64,000 nt of DNA from Eledone cirrhosa (lineage: Eukaryota): NCBI GenBank assembly GCA_964016885.1, contig OZ024743.1, positions 265,050,001-265,114,000 on the forward strand, given 5' to 3'. Shown here one piece after another: positions 1 through 16,191 of the stretch. The stretch's first letter is position 1. The number at the start of each line of letters is the position of its first letter. Under the pieces are notes generated by a model. It was not told the origin of the DNA and did not search any database. It saw only the letters and a program-made list of their open reading frames with translations. The translations under genes were made by a program, and so were the position numbers.

Positions 1-28
1 TATATATATATATATACATATATATATT

Positions 29-108
<80 letters not shown>
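1..108. repeat. (TA)n microsatellite
   Basis: Seen directly. Confidence 0.98.
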
Positions 109-191
109 CGTTATTCCGGGTTGAATTGGAGGAAACCACAGTAAGTAAGGGACTCAATACATTGCAGAGTATGACAGTTTTAATATAGATG

Positions 192-242
192 AGATTCTAC
201 AGGACTAGAACTGTTTCATTCTTTAGAAATCATCGGGAATCT
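192..242 (-). ncRNA. Type I hammerhead ribozyme (U4C variant) in a PLE pLTR-like fragment
   Basis: Minus strand reads AGAUUC-CCGAUGA-U-UUCU-AA-AGAA-U-GAAA-CAG...CUG-UA-GAAUCU. Stems I, II and III all pair. Confidence 0.7.
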
Positions 243-464
243 GGGTATCAAAAAATAAATATGGTATTTATAGGTCTCTTCAGGTGGTAGGAGAGGGTGG
301 GGAGTGGGATGGGTGTAGGTCATTGGTTGATAGAAAAGGGAATTCATTAAAAGCTAATTCTTCAAAGCTATAGTTTATATTTAGAGTAACAAAGGCAGAA
401 AGAATTCTATAAACAAGTTGAGAATGGGGTGCCACTCCTTATTTTTAAGTTTCTCTTAAGCTAA

Positions 465-646
465 TAATTGTTTCTACTTTAGGCACAAGGTCAGCAATTA
501 CCCAGTGCATTACTGGTACTTTATTTTATCGACCCCGTAAGGATGAAAGGCAAAGTCAACCTCGGCGGGATTTGAACTCAGATCGTAAAGGGACGTAACT
601 ATGGTGGAAAGCATGGCGCCCGACCCTCTACCGATACTGCCAATCA
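465..646 (-). mobile_element. tRNA-derived SINE (family 1)
   Basis: Reverse complement has an A-box-like TGGCAGTATCGG, a B-box GAGTTCAAATCC, the body GCCTTTCATCCTTACGGGGTCGATAAAATAAAGTACCAG and an ATT-type tail. Several other copies occur in the window. Confidence 0.85.
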
Positions 647-868
647 AGCTAATAATGCCTAGATTTCAGGTGTCTATAAGATCATTGGGGGTCTGTCGTG
701 GTTGATGGATTTAAAGAAAAGGGAACTTCTTTAAAAGCTAATTCTATAAGGTTCTACTTTGTGACATAGGCCTAGAGAATTCTATAGACCAGTTCAAAAT
801 ATTGAGTGCATATCATACCATTATCTTCAACTGTTGAAAATTGCAAACTTGACTGTCACCACACATTA

Positions 869-907
869 TGAACCTGAAGATTGCGAAAGCATAAAAGTAC
901 TTGTTCA
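869..907 (+). ncRNA. Minimal type I hammerhead-like motif with no stem II
   Basis: UGAAC-CUGAAGA-UUGC-GAAA-G...C-UU-GUUCA. Stem I is UGAAC/GUUCA; stem III is weak. Resembles the minimal HHRs of PLEs. Confidence 0.5.
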
Positions 908-977
908 ATTAACACTTAACATTTAATATTCTACCATACTATTTCATTCTAATACCATTATACATTTTAAAGGATTG

Positions 978-1786
978 TCAATAAAACGAGTAATCTCTCG
1001 ACTGGAAGGTTCTGAGGATCCAGGAACACATTCTGTAGGCCATGTCAACTTTGCTGCTTATATGCGTGGTCCAGCTTATGTTGCTGTCCACGGTTACTCC
1101 CAAGTCTCTGATGTTGTTAGATGCCACGAGAGTTTCCCCGGAGGGAAGGGAGGACGGGAGTTTCAGAGCATCCTCTTTTTCAAAGTGGATCAGTTCGAAT
1201 TTGTCTTCGTTCAGTAACATGTTGTTCTTTTCCGCCCATTGGGTAACAGCCAGTAGGTCTTACTGAAGGCTTATCCGGTCATCCACGCCATTGATGACCT
1301 TTTGGAGCTTGGAATCATCAGCGAAAATTTTAATGTTGCTGTGTTTGATGATGTCAGTGATGTCATTAATATAGATGATGAAGAGAAGTGGGCCCAACAC
1401 AGTGCCTTGTGGGACACCACTACTGACTTTGGCTGGGCTGGATTTGACTCCCTCAACTACAACATGTTGGATTCTGTTTGACAGGAAGCTCTTGATCCAC
1501 TGCAGCAGCTTTCCAGTGACACCAATATTGGACAGCTTTCTCAGTAGAATGTTATGATCAACCCTGTCAAAGGCCTTGCTGAAATCAAGGTAGATAACAT
1601 CAGTGTTGGAACCCTCTCCCAAGGCTCTCAAAATGTCATCAAAGTGATGCAGTAGCTGCGTCAGGCAATCCCTTCCGTTACGGAATCCATGCTGGTTGGA
1701 GTTCAGCATATTGTTACTCTCAAGGAAGTGGGTCATTCGCGATCTCACCACTCTCTCAAATACCTTAATGATATGAGAGGTGAGTG

Positions 1787-1790
<4 letters not shown>
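978..1790 (-). pseudogene. Non-LTR retrotransposon reverse transcriptase fragment (CR1/L2/Jockey-like)
   Basis: Motifs ISLTSHIIKVFER, QHGFR, YLDFSKAFDRVDH, SGVPQGTVLGPLLF, FADD and RDLGV. ORFs 1260..1865 and 978..1220 are in the same frame, split by one stop. The N-terminal part of the ORF is (TA)n. Confidence 0.92.
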
Positions 1791-1862
<72 letters not shown>

Positions 1863-1919
1863 CATGAGAAGAAAGAAGAATACTGCGTGGTTGCAAATGG
1901 GTTACATATGATACAAATA

Positions 1920-2021
1920 GTCCTTCCTCAGTGATTTTCTAACCATCATTGGTATTTCATCGCATTAAAAATCAAATACCACTGGTTGGTGCGAGCAATA
2001 AATAAAAATAGTTATTGGGAC
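1920..2021 (-). ncRNA. Candidate non-circularly permuted hammerhead ribozyme, mirror of 2201-2302
   Basis: Reverse complement of 2201-2302; the predicted cleavage triplet here is AUU. Confidence 0.6.
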
Positions 2022-2200
2022 CAGTAATTCGCGTAAAGCGAGGGGGACAAGTGAACAACATAGAAGGATAAAAGCAAACCGAAGATAGGAAAAAAAAAAA
2101 AAATATATATATATATTTTTTTTTTTTTTTTTCCTATCTTCGGTTTGCTTTTATCCTTCTATGTTGTTCACTTGTCCCCCTCGCTTTACGTGAATTACTG

Positions 2201-2302
2201 GTCCCAATAACTATTTTTAGTTATTGCTCGCACCAACCAGTGGTATCTGATTTTTAATGCGATGAAATACCAATGATGGTTAGAAAATCACTGAGGAAGG
2301 AC
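2201..2302 (+). ncRNA. Candidate non-circularly permuted hammerhead ribozyme, copy 1
   Basis: GUCC-[CAAUAAC/GUUAUUG hairpin]-C-UCGCA-C-CAACC-AGU-GGUAU-C-UGAUUUU-UAA-UGCGA-U-GAA-AUACC-AAUGAU-GGUU-AG-AAAAUCA-CUGAGGA-A-GGAC. See findings. Confidence 0.7.
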
Positions 2303-2359
2303 TATTTGTATCATATGTAACCCATTTGCAACCACGCAATATTCTTCTTTCTTCTCATG

Positions 2360-4015
<1,656 letters not shown>

Positions 4016-4151
4016 TAAAAGGAATACCAACTTTGTCTGATTTACTCGTTTTATTTACAATCCTTTAAAATGTATAATGGTATTACAATGAAATAGTATG
4101 ATAGAATATTAAATATTAAGTGTTAATTGAACAAATACTTTCATGCTTTCG

Positions 4152-4154
<3 letters not shown>

Positions 4155-4196
<42 letters not shown>

Positions 4197-4245
4197 TATA
4201 TATTTCGCAATATATATACATATATATATATATACATATATATAC

Positions 4246-4330
<85 letters not shown>

Positions 4331-4332
4331 TA
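4155..4332. repeat. (TA)n microsatellite
   Basis: Seen directly. Confidence 0.97.
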
Positions 4333-4406
4333 TAAAAACAAATAACGAAACGAAATTAAATTTCGTTTCGCTTCTAACTCACTTTTGTATGACTGACGCT
4401 TAAACA

Positions 4407-4823
4407 ATTAAGTTAAAGTGTACATCTACATATGTATACGGAAGTATTAGTATGCATATAAATACACACATGTATACATATGTACATGTACTGAGTTTTT
4501 CACTAGACACTTTACAGTGAGTGTCAGCTAGTCTGTATGTAACCACACAGACGGACCGGGTTTTAGAGTCATACGAGTTTTCAAGGAAACACATTTCCTC
4601 TATTCTCCAGAGAGCCAGACAGGAGAATAGAGGAAATGTGTTTCCTTGAAAACTCGTATGACTCTAAAACCCGGTCCGTCTGTGTGGTTACATACAGACT
4701 AGCTGACACTCACTGTAAAGTGTCTAGTGAAAAACTCAGTACATGTACATATGTATACATGTGTGTATTTATATGCATACTAATACTTCCGTATACATAT
4801 GTAGATGTACACTTTAACTTAAT

Positions 4824-4824
<1 letters not shown>
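4407..4824. repeat. Near-perfect palindrome with ~200-bp arms and a ~20-bp spacer
   Basis: ORFs 4400..4594(-) and 4636..(+) give identical translations. Centre is TATTCTCC...GGAGAATA. The adjacent 4345-4400 resembles the family-B terminus. Confidence 0.95.
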
Positions 4825-5064
<240 letters not shown>

Positions 5065-5445
5065 GTGCAGTGTAAGATGAGGAGCAATACTAATGACCAC
5101 AAGTAATACATATTTCAGTACTCAGTTCACTTTGCGTATTCAAATTAAAACAAAATCCTTTTCGTTCGAAATATTAATCATGTCAATTTAATAATATTAT
5201 TTATCATCATTCTTATTCTTGGAGTCTCAGTCATTCATGTTATTTAACTGGAAAGTGTGTTCAAATGAACACAAAGCCGCTACCTGCATCCTCAGATGCG
5301 TCGGATGGTTCTTGCTGTTCCCAGGAAGAATGTCTTTTGACGTGTTCCAAAAAAGGGGGCTTTAACCATCTTTGAAAACTCTTTGAGATAGTACCTTGTG
5401 CTCCTATGACAATCGGGAGGTATTATTATTATTTTTATTATCCAA

Positions 5446-5644
5446 CGGCGGTGGATTGGCAGTATCGGTAGAGGGTCGGACGCCTAGCTTTCCAGCATAG
5501 TTACGTCCCTTTACGATCTGAGTTCAAATCCCGCGGAGGTTGACTTTGCCTTTCATCCTTACGGGGTCGATAAAATAAAGTACCAGTAATGCATTGGGTA
5601 TTTGCTGGCCTTGTGCCTAAAGTAGAAACAATTATTATTATTAT
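5446..5644 (+). mobile_element. tRNA-derived SINE (family 1), full length
   Basis: A box, B box GAGTTCAAATCC, conserved body and (ATT)n tail. Confidence 0.88.
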
Positions 5645-5849
5645 TCATTAACGAATGCATTGACCTATCCACCATGTTAGAGCGAGAACTTTACAAACAT
5701 AACTTATTGCTGTAATAAGCAACTCTTACAACAATTATGCAATATATATATACTACCTTATCGGACAGTCTTAATGTAATTTTTATGTATACTGCGATAT
5801 TTCCTTCATTGTTCGGTTGACATGGATCTCGCCAACATACGCTAGTACC

Positions 5850-6160
5850 ACGTGGGGCGCTTCCACCTCAAACATTGAATACACGTATGACTCGTTGTTA
5901 TAACTTCGACGGCCCAATTAATGTTTAGAGGGATATTTAACATTTTATGGGTATTTCAAGTTTATTAGTTGACGTCTCATAGATGTTGTGCGATATGGTT
6001 TATTGGCGCCAAGTCTGAGAAACGGTTGCCAATTCTAGTATCTGGGAAGTTGTAAGGTCTCTTTATCGGTGAGTGTGAGTGGGGGGGGGGTATATGTCCT
6101 TCCGAGGTTTGATTACCCCGCTAGCACAATTACAAGGTTGGTATAAATCCATGCCTGTGG
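5850..6160 (-). pseudogene. Possible highly degenerate PLE GIY-YIG fragment
   Basis: Minus-strand translations QPCNC and CIQCL resemble the Cys motifs of the PLE endonucleases elsewhere in the window. Many lesions. Confidence 0.25.
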
Positions 6161-8534
6161 TGAGAGATGATATTATTTGATGCTGTTCAAAATAGTAAAA
6201 TATCAGCAACGGCAACAATACTAACAGTAGTGACAACAACAATTAAAACAATACCAAATGAGGGATGATAAATAGCCAATAATACATTTTGACAGGGGAT
6301 CACAGATCATCGTCAACAACGTAATACAGTAGAGTTTGGTATTCAAATTCTAGTCTTAGAACAATCCCCCTACAGAAAATAGGATATTGGATGAATTCGA
6401 GAACAAAATGATTTAGATCATTACAAAATTTCAGATGACATGTGTACCTGAGAAGCCAAAAACCAAGAGCACTGATCTCAGAGAATCGAGTGAAATACGA
6501 GTACAAGGGGAGAGAACCAACAATTTACTCACGGAATTAAGAAAGAACTATAAGAAAATTTCTAACGAAATACTGGAAGTGATTAACAAGAACCCGAATA
6601 GAATAGCGATTGAACTTAGGATTGGGGATAGAATTGATTCCCACTAACCAATAGAACCTAACCTTGAGTCCGACCTCCAGGTTAGACAAACTCTGGTATT
6701 AGTATGAATAGCAAAAACATGTAGGTAATATTTTATCCACCCAGAGAAAGCAGGACAAAAGTATAATTGTTCACCGGAACTAGGGCCCTCATATCCTGTT
6801 TTATCCACCTACAGAATGAAATAAATCTAGCTTCATTCAATTAAACATTGGAAGCTACAACTCATCAATCTCCCCCATACTACTAAATTAGGCCCGCATA
6901 TGGGCTAAGAGACACACTAGTATAACCCGGGGAGGAATTGATATAATTCGAGCTGCTAGGAAGACCCTAATTCGATTTGACGGCTGCCTCAGAATCAGAA
7001 ATAATAGACCGAGCAACTTTGATATCACTATGGGGCTCAGCGATACCGTGAAAATATAGGATCTGGTTATTCTATTTATTCTATTTATCCTGAAATGAGA
7101 TTTCCAAATTATGCATGGGAATATACCGCGATGATACCCTCTTCGTTCTCACAAATCATAGCGCTAACATGAGAGAAAGGAAGGAAAAACATATATATAT
7201 TTAAAAACATAAAACTTTGGATAGAAATAGACACCAACAGGAAAATAGTAATTTTGTGATACATTTAATTCAATACCATCACCTAAAAGTAGGGATTCAT
7301 TTAAGTCAAAGAGATATCGTGACCAAATCGCGTAAACCAGAACTTCAATACATAATTAGGAAACTAAAATCGTAGCGCGAACCGTGAGGAATAGCAAAAC
7401 CAATCGTCCGAACCCAATAGCCCTGTATACAAGGCGCATGATGGAAAGATCAATGGGGTATTTCACTGTATGGACAAGAGTATGTACTCTAAATACCCTA
7501 CCCATCCACACGACGAACATAAGCAGATGGTGTAGTAATTGCCATATTATGAGGCAAAAAGGGGTTCTGGTGACATTAAATAGAACTTTGTCTAAACACG
7601 CAAATAGGGATAGATACAAGAAATTATTGTCGTATAATCATACATATTCGGTGGGACCTTTCCAAATTATTTTTATAGATTTGGATAGATGTTTCTCTAA
7701 AATACATAAGTACTACACATATCTAATAGGCACACAATTAAGTTCATTTATTCCACTACGCGCAACATAACCCAAAACATAGTTTATATTAATTAAGATA
7801 AGTTACGCAACCACCGAAATGGTTGCTTGGAAGTGACGCTTACTATGCCCAACAGAGGTAATTATAGGAATCGAGCCTCGACATAAAAACCGAGGCAATT
7901 AGGACAACGAAAGCGTGAGACTGGGATTGAACAATCTAACCTCACCGGTATACAACTCTCCACATATACACCAATGAAGAGCAGTAACTATAGATACCCA
8001 GTTTTTGCCCATTTAGTAACGAATGCCTGCAGACAAATTGGATCTAACAATGTAGAGTCACCACCCACAATATTGCTTATAGGCATGTCGGAGTAACGTT
8101 GACCAGTTTTAAGGACCAACGGTACAATCAACACCAACACTTTAAAAGTACGGCAAAGCGAAAACGCAAAATCTTGAAGCACAAGTTAGATAAAACTCAA
8201 TATTCGTTAGAATGGTCTAAAATGCTTGAGGATCCTCCTGACCGTAGTGAGTCCTGTACTTGCTGTCTTTGTTTGGGTGAACCTCTGGAGATTCGTAAAG
8301 ATGGACCGCAGGTAAATAACAGAGGGTGGACTTCTTCGTTACTTCTGGTACTTTCCTCATGTTATGTGCAAGATAATCACATTTAAACTAGTAATAATAA
8401 ATAGTTAAGAAAATCTATCACAAAATAGTGCGAGGAGTAATATCCGTGCATATCTTGATATCTTATGATGTCATATGAAGCCCTAGAAATTGACACACTA
8501 AAAGTAGCATTAATATTTACCCTACACACATAGA

Positions 8535-8657
<123 letters not shown>

Positions 8658-8785
8658 AATGACGGACACTGATTTTAAATGCTGAATAATACTATGCTTA
8701 ACACTAACACACCCTATATTAAACTAGATATCAAACTAACTATAATATAACACACATTGCCACACATAACCTGGCATTAATAATT

Positions 8786-8975
8786 ATTGGCAGTATCGGT
8801 AGAGGGTCGGACGGCATGCTTTGCAGCAAAGAGTTACGCCCTTTTTGGTCTGAGTTCAAATCCCGCTGAGGTTAACTTTGCCTTTCATCCTTACGGGGTC
8901 GATAAAATAAAGTATTAGTAATACACTGGGATAATTGCTGACCTTGTGCCAAACATAGAAACAATTAATAATTAT
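8786..8975 (+). mobile_element. tRNA-derived SINE (family 1)
   Basis: Same A/B boxes and body as 5446-5644. Confidence 0.85.
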
Positions 8976-9467
8976 CATACAAATCTAGGTCACATAGATA
9001 CGAATGACAAAGTACCATACTCTTAAATACTGAATCATACTAAACTTAGCATTTATGCACCGTAGATTACACTTGACATTCTTTAATTTTTCTCAATCTT
9101 TACTTGAAATTCCTGCTTGTATATATTCATATTTTCTATACTCTAATCTTATATGTATGCCATCTATTTTATTTATTCGCTCTGATGTGTATTTTTTCTT
9201 TACATTCTTATTATCATTCCCTTCATATCCATTCATTTATATCCATTATCATGGTTTTATTCCTCAATAATGGCATTTAGTAACAAGGCTTGATCTAAAA
9301 TACGATCTAATAAGTATTTTATTTTCTTGATTTCCATGCTTATCCATCCTGTCTCTATTGGTATTGTTCTAGTTGCTGTTATGACTACTGATACTATTGT
9401 TGCTGTTATCATGCTGATAGTGTACTATTTTGAACAGCATCATCTCCTATGATACCGTTCCATCAAA

Positions 9468-9510
9468 TCTTCTTCTTCTTCTTCTTCTTCTTCTTCTTCT
9501 TCTTCTTCTT

Positions 9511-9540
<30 letters not shown>
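9468..9540. repeat. (TTC)n microsatellite
   Basis: Seen directly. Confidence 0.98.
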
Positions 9541-9541
<1 letters not shown>

Positions 9542-9552
9542 ATTAATATCAT

Positions 9553-9730
9553 TGGATTGGCAGTATCGGTCAGACATCATGCTTTGCAGCATAGGGTTTT
9601 GTACTTTACGTTCTAACTTTAACTTTGCCTTTCATCCTTACGAGGTCGATAAAATAAAGCCCCACCCAGTAATGCACTGGTATAATTGCTGGCCTTGTGC
9701 CAAAAGTAGAAACAATTATCATTATTATTA
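9553..9730 (+). mobile_element. tRNA-derived SINE (family 1) with internal deletions
   Basis: TGGCAGTATCGG head, conserved body and tail are present; the B box is damaged. Confidence 0.8.
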
Positions 9731-12700
9731 GTGTGTATGAGTACTTTTGATATGTGCGTGGAAAGGATGTTTGTAGGCTGGAAATTTTCGATAAGAAAAT
9801 GTGTCTATGTGCAGAGCGAGCTTAACGATGGACAGATACTTTTCACACAGACATCTCGGAAACCATGGTGTTGGAGCCGATCTCGCATTACGTGCTTCCA
9901 AAACGATCTTCCCAGATTCACAAAATAGCATTTTATTTTTATATAGTATCATCTGTATTTTTAGTATCAAAGTAACAAGATGAATAACAAATAGTTGCTG
10001 CTTAGTTTGGAATAAATTTTAACATCGCTGTTTTTGTTTTTCCGATATTAAGATCATGACAAATAAACTAAGAATTGTTAATATGCTTTGTGATGTTAAA
10101 TATGTCAAATGCAAATGACGTTTCATTCACAAGGAAGATTAAATACAAAGCTGAAGAATTATGGTATTTTTCAATTAATATATTTGGCACCTATTTGTTT
10201 ACATCTCCAAGCCTCCCTGACAGCTATCAATTATCCAAAGTAAACAATTAATCTTCAAGGTTAATTTGAATAGCTCAAAACCGGCTAAGATTTAATGAAA
10301 TCTTGATCCACACATAAAGTCTAATCATTAAAAGGAAATAGGTCACCTTAACTACATGAATGTCTGCCAAGAAATTTCATGCGAATCAATTAAGGAACAT
10401 GTCAACAATATCTTTAGAAATAAATATTTCTGGATTGTGTCACCAAATTATTTAAAGTAGAAGTTAGATTCCAAATCTTCAATCGGTTGATAAAGTTCCA
10501 GTAAATTATAATTAGGATCACTGACAAAGTTAAAATGATGTTGGCATTTCATTCGGTTGTGAATGTCACTTCATGGCCGTCAAATCGGACAAAAAATACT
10601 TAATTATCAAGAGAACAGTTTACTTGAAGAAAGACTGTTCGAATGGAGGAATATAGATCAGCAGCACACACATCAAAAACATTATTTTATTCAGGTTGTT
10701 CTAAAGTCAAATTTGTCTTTACATAAACATGAAGTAACATGAAACAACCGATTTGTTTTTTGTCTCTTTAGCGTTTACTCCGTGGAGAAAAGGTAGTATG
10801 CATGATCCAATCAAGATCGTTTTAGACTGGTTTTAGCCACTCATTATCCGTCTTTATACTGAATATTTAACTTGCTCTGCGCACGAATAACATCAATCTT
10901 AGGTTATTCTGGGTTAAATCTGGTACAAATCTCTGACGTTTTTCGACCAGCTTTCAAATTCAACATTCGATTGCAGTAATGTCAACGACGACTCTTCATT
11001 GACCAATAATTTTGTGATTAGGAATATTCCTTTTCGAAAAGAGGGAAATATCAAGATTAACAAGCCAACTCCATAACAGCAAGTCACAGCTCATAACATC
11101 TCAGTTTAGAAATACATTCAACGATTTATTGGCGTTTTCATATTTAAAAAAAATGTGAATAATTAATTTTTAAATTTTTTTGTTTATTTTTTTAGCCATT
11201 ATTGAAACTATGATGTTAGTTAATAACCTGCCATCGGTAAATATGTTAATTGTTTAATTGCTTGTAGGGAAATTTTCGAATCGGTAAATTACTGACAGTG
11301 AAATTTCCTGTAGCCATAAAAGTATTAACTACGATCGATGAAAATACTACTGCTAGAGAGATGACAAACGAAATAAGAATAAGGAGAATTTTCCTTTTGG
11401 CAATAATTTCCATCTTTTGTGGGAGTTTCGTATTTTATATATTCAACTCGGAACATATTTAATAGGAATAAATCCCAACATTAAGTAATATATTTCAGTT
11501 AAAATATATTTGTTTATTTCTCAAAAGAACAAATACATTCTTTAAAAACTACTTGTAGGTAATTTGGCCATTCAACATACCTTGATAATAATTTTGTCGT
11601 GTTATTTTCTTTCTTGTGACATTTTGTGTGCTGAAACACAAACCACAAGCAACCGAGCTTAAACAGCGATTACTTGTTTATTTAATTTATAGTTTGTAAG
11701 ATATAAATACATCTGTTTCTAAGAGAACACCGGTCGTTTGACAGAGAATGTCTCAACTCTGTGGTTACATAATACTTAGTCAACGTCGATAACTTAGCTG
11801 TATAATGGTTAATTCCCACAAATCAAGGCGTGTTTGAGAGGCTCCTATCGACAGTTTCAGTGCTAAACATAGAAATTTATTGTTTTCCCAATAATTATCA
11901 TGTCGAGATTTGAACTGGTTCGCTGACTTTGATTTTAGTCTCACGTACAATAACTGATTCCAATTATTAAATGTCCTTTGATAGAAAGATTACCATTGTA
12001 TCGCTTCATATATTTAAAGGAGATTTACAACTCAAAACGTTCGGCTCTCTCTATTTTGTAACGAACAAGACAGTTTTATCTTGACTTCAGTATACCACCC
12101 GGAGCTATTCTGTAACAATAGAAATGATTAAAAAAATCTTTAATTATCAAACTGAAAATATACATAAGACACAACGACACAACTACAAATATCCACGTTT
12201 ATATTTCTAAATATATGGTTGTAGTAGTTGTATAGATAATCCACTAGAAAAGAAATTACTAAATCAGACAATGACATATACATTAAAAGGTCATGTACAC
12301 CTGTTCATTCGATTAAATCGCATTTGTTTATATATTTAAATTCTATGTCACTTCATGAAAACAGAAAATCTAGTCACAATTTAACTTATAATATTCATTT
12401 TCTAATTGTTTTAGCCAATATAGCATCACAAGTTTCTCATAATATGGTGTAGAATGGTAGCTAAAAAAAATTACCTAATTCTTGCTATAAACTGAGATAT
12501 GGATGTGCTGCAAATGTACCCTATATATAGTTATTCTAGCTGTTATATATAGCAGCTGAAACTTTGTTTCTCAAACTACAGTCTACATAAAGAAAGAGAT
12601 ATGCCATAAATTTGCTAGGAGTTTATTCTTAACAGTAAATTTGTCACTACAATAAAAGCAATTAGAAGATTATTTATGGGCAAACACATATCCACAGTCT

Positions 12701-12927
12701 GACGCACACGCACACGCACACACGCACACATCAACACCCACCCACACACCCACACACACACACACAAAATACACACACATACACACAGACAAGCGTATAT
12801 ATAATATGAATATATATGATATATATATATATATATATATATATTCTGTAGTTTCTATGTATCTGAGTGTGTGCGATTTATATATATATGTATATACATT
12901 TAAATATATCATATATATTCATATTAT

Positions 12928-12983
<56 letters not shown>

Positions 12984-13297
12984 CACTTGTGTATGTGTTA
13001 CTATCTCAAACGGCAGTTGAATTACGAAGTATTGAGAAAACTTAAATATTTAAATGCATGCATTCATTTTCACATTTTTTCCATCTCTAGAGGTAATTTA
13101 TGATTATAGCTATTTGCATTAGGACGCGCAAACTTCATGTAATATACAAATATGTATGTGTATGTGTGTGCGTGTGCGTGATTTTATGTTGTGATTGTGA
13201 GTTGTGATTGTGAGGTATACTTCCTTAATATATATATATATATTAGGTTAACACTTGATATAGATATATTAGGTTAACGCTTGTGATAGCAGGAAGA

Positions 13298-13340
13298 GGG
13301 TCATAATGTTTCGGACGCTAGTCCTTCATCAGAAGAAAGA
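13298..13340 (-). ncRNA. Hammerhead-like core in a short pLTR-like relic
   Basis: Minus strand CUGAUGA-A-GGAC-UAGC-GUCC-GAAA-CAUUAUG. Stems I and III are not convincing. A related degenerate copy lies at ~43520-43555. Confidence 0.4.
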
Positions 13341-13625
13341 ATGACAAATAAGATAGATTGAGGGGACGGGCGGCTTGGAATTGCAAAAAATGTCTTTAAA
13401 AAAAAAAATATATATATATGGATGCAGTTAAAATATATATATATATATATAAATATGGATGCAGTTGATATATATATATATATATATACATATATGTAAG
13501 AGTTCTATTTAAATTGTAGGGATACAACAAGCAAATATTTTTATAACTGATATAAAGCACTCAACAAATATTTGGAGTAAAAATACGATATTAACATATG
13601 GAAACTATATTTATAAAACCATATT

Positions 13626-13690
13626 TATTTCATTATACATATTTCAAGGACACCAAGTTAAATTATGGTGTGCTTTCATCAGATAAAATA
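13626..13690 (-). ncRNA. Type I hammerhead ribozyme (pLTR family C, element ~13495-13790)
   Basis: UAUUUUAU-CUGAUGA-(stem II with CACCA/UGGUG)-GAAA-UAUGUA-UA-AUGAAAUA. Confidence 0.75.
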
Positions 13691-13787
13691 TAATATATAT
13701 CAGTTTTATAAATAAATATTGATGTATTTATTTCAGAATTAGCCGTCGAAACGGCTTGAGCTCAGCTGTCGGGGTCTTACTGGTTCC

Positions 13788-13880
<93 letters not shown>

Positions 13881-13909
13881 AAAATATATATATATATATT
13901 TATAGTATA

Positions 13910-13986
<77 letters not shown>

Positions 13987-14375
13987 TATCAAGTATGTCC
14001 ATAGAAAGATTTGATAATATATATACACCATTTCATCTCCCAATTAGCATAATCAACCACACAAAAAATCAATTAAACCAGGCTATAAGATTAAAAGGCA
14101 CCTATGAATAAATAATAGATAAATAAACCACAGCCATCTATTCGCGATCAACGGCTATAGAATATTTACACAAATTTCAATAGCACGTGGAAATCTATTA
14201 CAAATACCGTCAACCATAAACAATTAGGTATACAATTAAAGTTAGAAGAAAAAATGCATATACACATACAAGCATTACGTTTCTAGCCTTAGAGTTTCAA
14301 GGAATTTCGGAAATATCCTATCAAAGATAAATTCTCGAGCTTAGAACTCATCAGGAAACAAACTCACTTGGACAA

Positions 14376-14750
<375 letters not shown>

Positions 14751-14899
14751 AAGAAAAAGAGATGAAATCGAAAATGCAACTGGAGTCTTATTTTTTTTTA
14801 AATATATATATTTATTTGGTTCCTTTACCGGTTTCGCAGTTCTGCTTTTCAAAAGGTGAGTTGAGATGGAGGGCCTGTGGTTTTTCTGAAAAACCACAG

Positions 14900-15155
14900 A
14901 CCCTCCGTTGGGGTATTCGTCCTTGATAGAGAAAAGATAGAAAAGGCCGATAAGGTCAGTAACCTCCGCAGAATCGCTAGCTCCTATACTCACGTCGAAT
15001 GGGGTACTATTGGATTTTTTAATCCAAATAGAGTCGTCGAAATTAATCACCGACTCTATTTGGATTAAAAAATCCAATAGTACCCCATTTGACGTGAGTA
15101 TGGGCGCTAGCGATTCTGCGGAGGTTACTGATCTTATCGGCCTTTTCCTTCTTTT
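14900..15155. pseudogene. PLE reverse transcriptase fragment folded back on itself
   Basis: [29 protein letters not shown] on the minus strand (~14940-15025) is repeated on the plus strand (~15060-15146). It matches the FDxxMG motif at ~7018. Confidence 0.75.
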
Positions 15156-16125
15156 CTCGTATATTTGATTGATTATGTTGTGGCGTATACATTTTTTTAT
15201 ATTTTCTGGTACATTTGGTTTGGTTATGTGTATACGGGAGTTTTGCGTCTGCGTGTGTATGCAGGTTCGTACGTATGTAGGGTGTGTGTATATTTGTACT
15301 TCATGTTTGGCTGACTTACGTCTTCGAACATTTGTGTATTTACATGTAGGTATGTGGGTGCGCTTGTTATATACGTATTTATTTATTTATATACGTTTAT
15401 TTAATTATTTATTTGTATACACGCACACACACACACAGATATTTATATGTGCGTAGTTTTGTATACCTATGGCAAGTGTTTTGCGTATGTTTGTGTATGC
15501 ACGTATTTGAATGTGTGTATGCATTTATTTAATTTCTATTACCCCTGTATTGTATTTATTTACTGTATTCTTAACTCTGAATCGGAGATTCATTCGGTTT
15601 CCTAATTAGAATTTAGTCTACGACTTCAGCTATACCATTTACGTGGTTTTGTCTTTGCGTGCAATTGTTCTCCACGCACCACATATGACGTATTATCTTC
15701 GTTTTTTCCATTCATTTCCAGAGAAAGTCTCTATGAACTATCTAAGAGAACATTAGTCTACGACCTCTTTTATACCATAAACGTGGTTCTGTCTTTGCGC
15801 GTAATTGTTTTTCACCGCTCCTATTAATGACGCATTATATTCGTTTTTTCCCGTTCTTTGCCAGGGAACGTTTCCACAAACCAAAGTATCGTCTTCCTGT
15901 CTTACTCCGGTTGCAACGTTTTTTGAAATATCCACTTCTGCGTTTACAGATTGACTTTGTTAGTTTCAGTAGATCCCGTTAAGGGTGAAAGCAGCGATTC
16001 TTTGCTTAAACTTTAATCTGTTATTTTAATAAATATTTGCTCTACGGTTCTTATATATTTGATTTATATTTATCCCTATCGAGCCCTCTTTGGATTTTAG
16101 TCTTCAAATGTATTATTATTATTAC
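15156..16125 (+). mobile_element. PLE family A 3' tail/pLTR
   Basis: Homologous to 42430-43390, which follows a GIY-YIG ORF. Contains an internal ~150-bp duplication (TAGTCTACGAC...) and ends at (TA)n. Confidence 0.85.
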
Positions 16126-16127
16126 TA

Positions 16128-16186
<59 letters not shown>

Positions 16187-16191
<5 letters not shown>

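Noticed and set aside
2201-2302. Reading the motif as a SECIS element, box C/D snoRNA, type II hammerhead or twister ribozyme
   Set aside because: The GA quartet orientation and helix length do not fit SECIS. There is no conserved box C across copies. A type II fold needs a hairpin stem I and an NUH that are absent in copy 3. The twister pseudoknot partner of GUCCCA is not conserved.
5456-5471. SINE head TGGCAGTATCGGTAG resembles part of U4 snRNA
   Set aside because: The match is short and is better explained as a tRNA A box followed by a B box; no other U4 sequence is present.
5446-5540. tRNA gene
   Set aside because: A/B boxes are present but I could not form a cloverleaf, and the sequence continues into a multi-copy SINE body.
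7356-7770. APE-endonuclease LINE
   Set aside because: The initial resemblance was superseded by ordered PLE motifs (FDITMG, YRDD, linker, GIY-YIG).
9728-12660. Possible host exons or a decayed transposase in the unique-looking stretch
   Set aside because: No recognisable protein motif or convincing exon structure by eye; needs BLASTX or RNA-seq.
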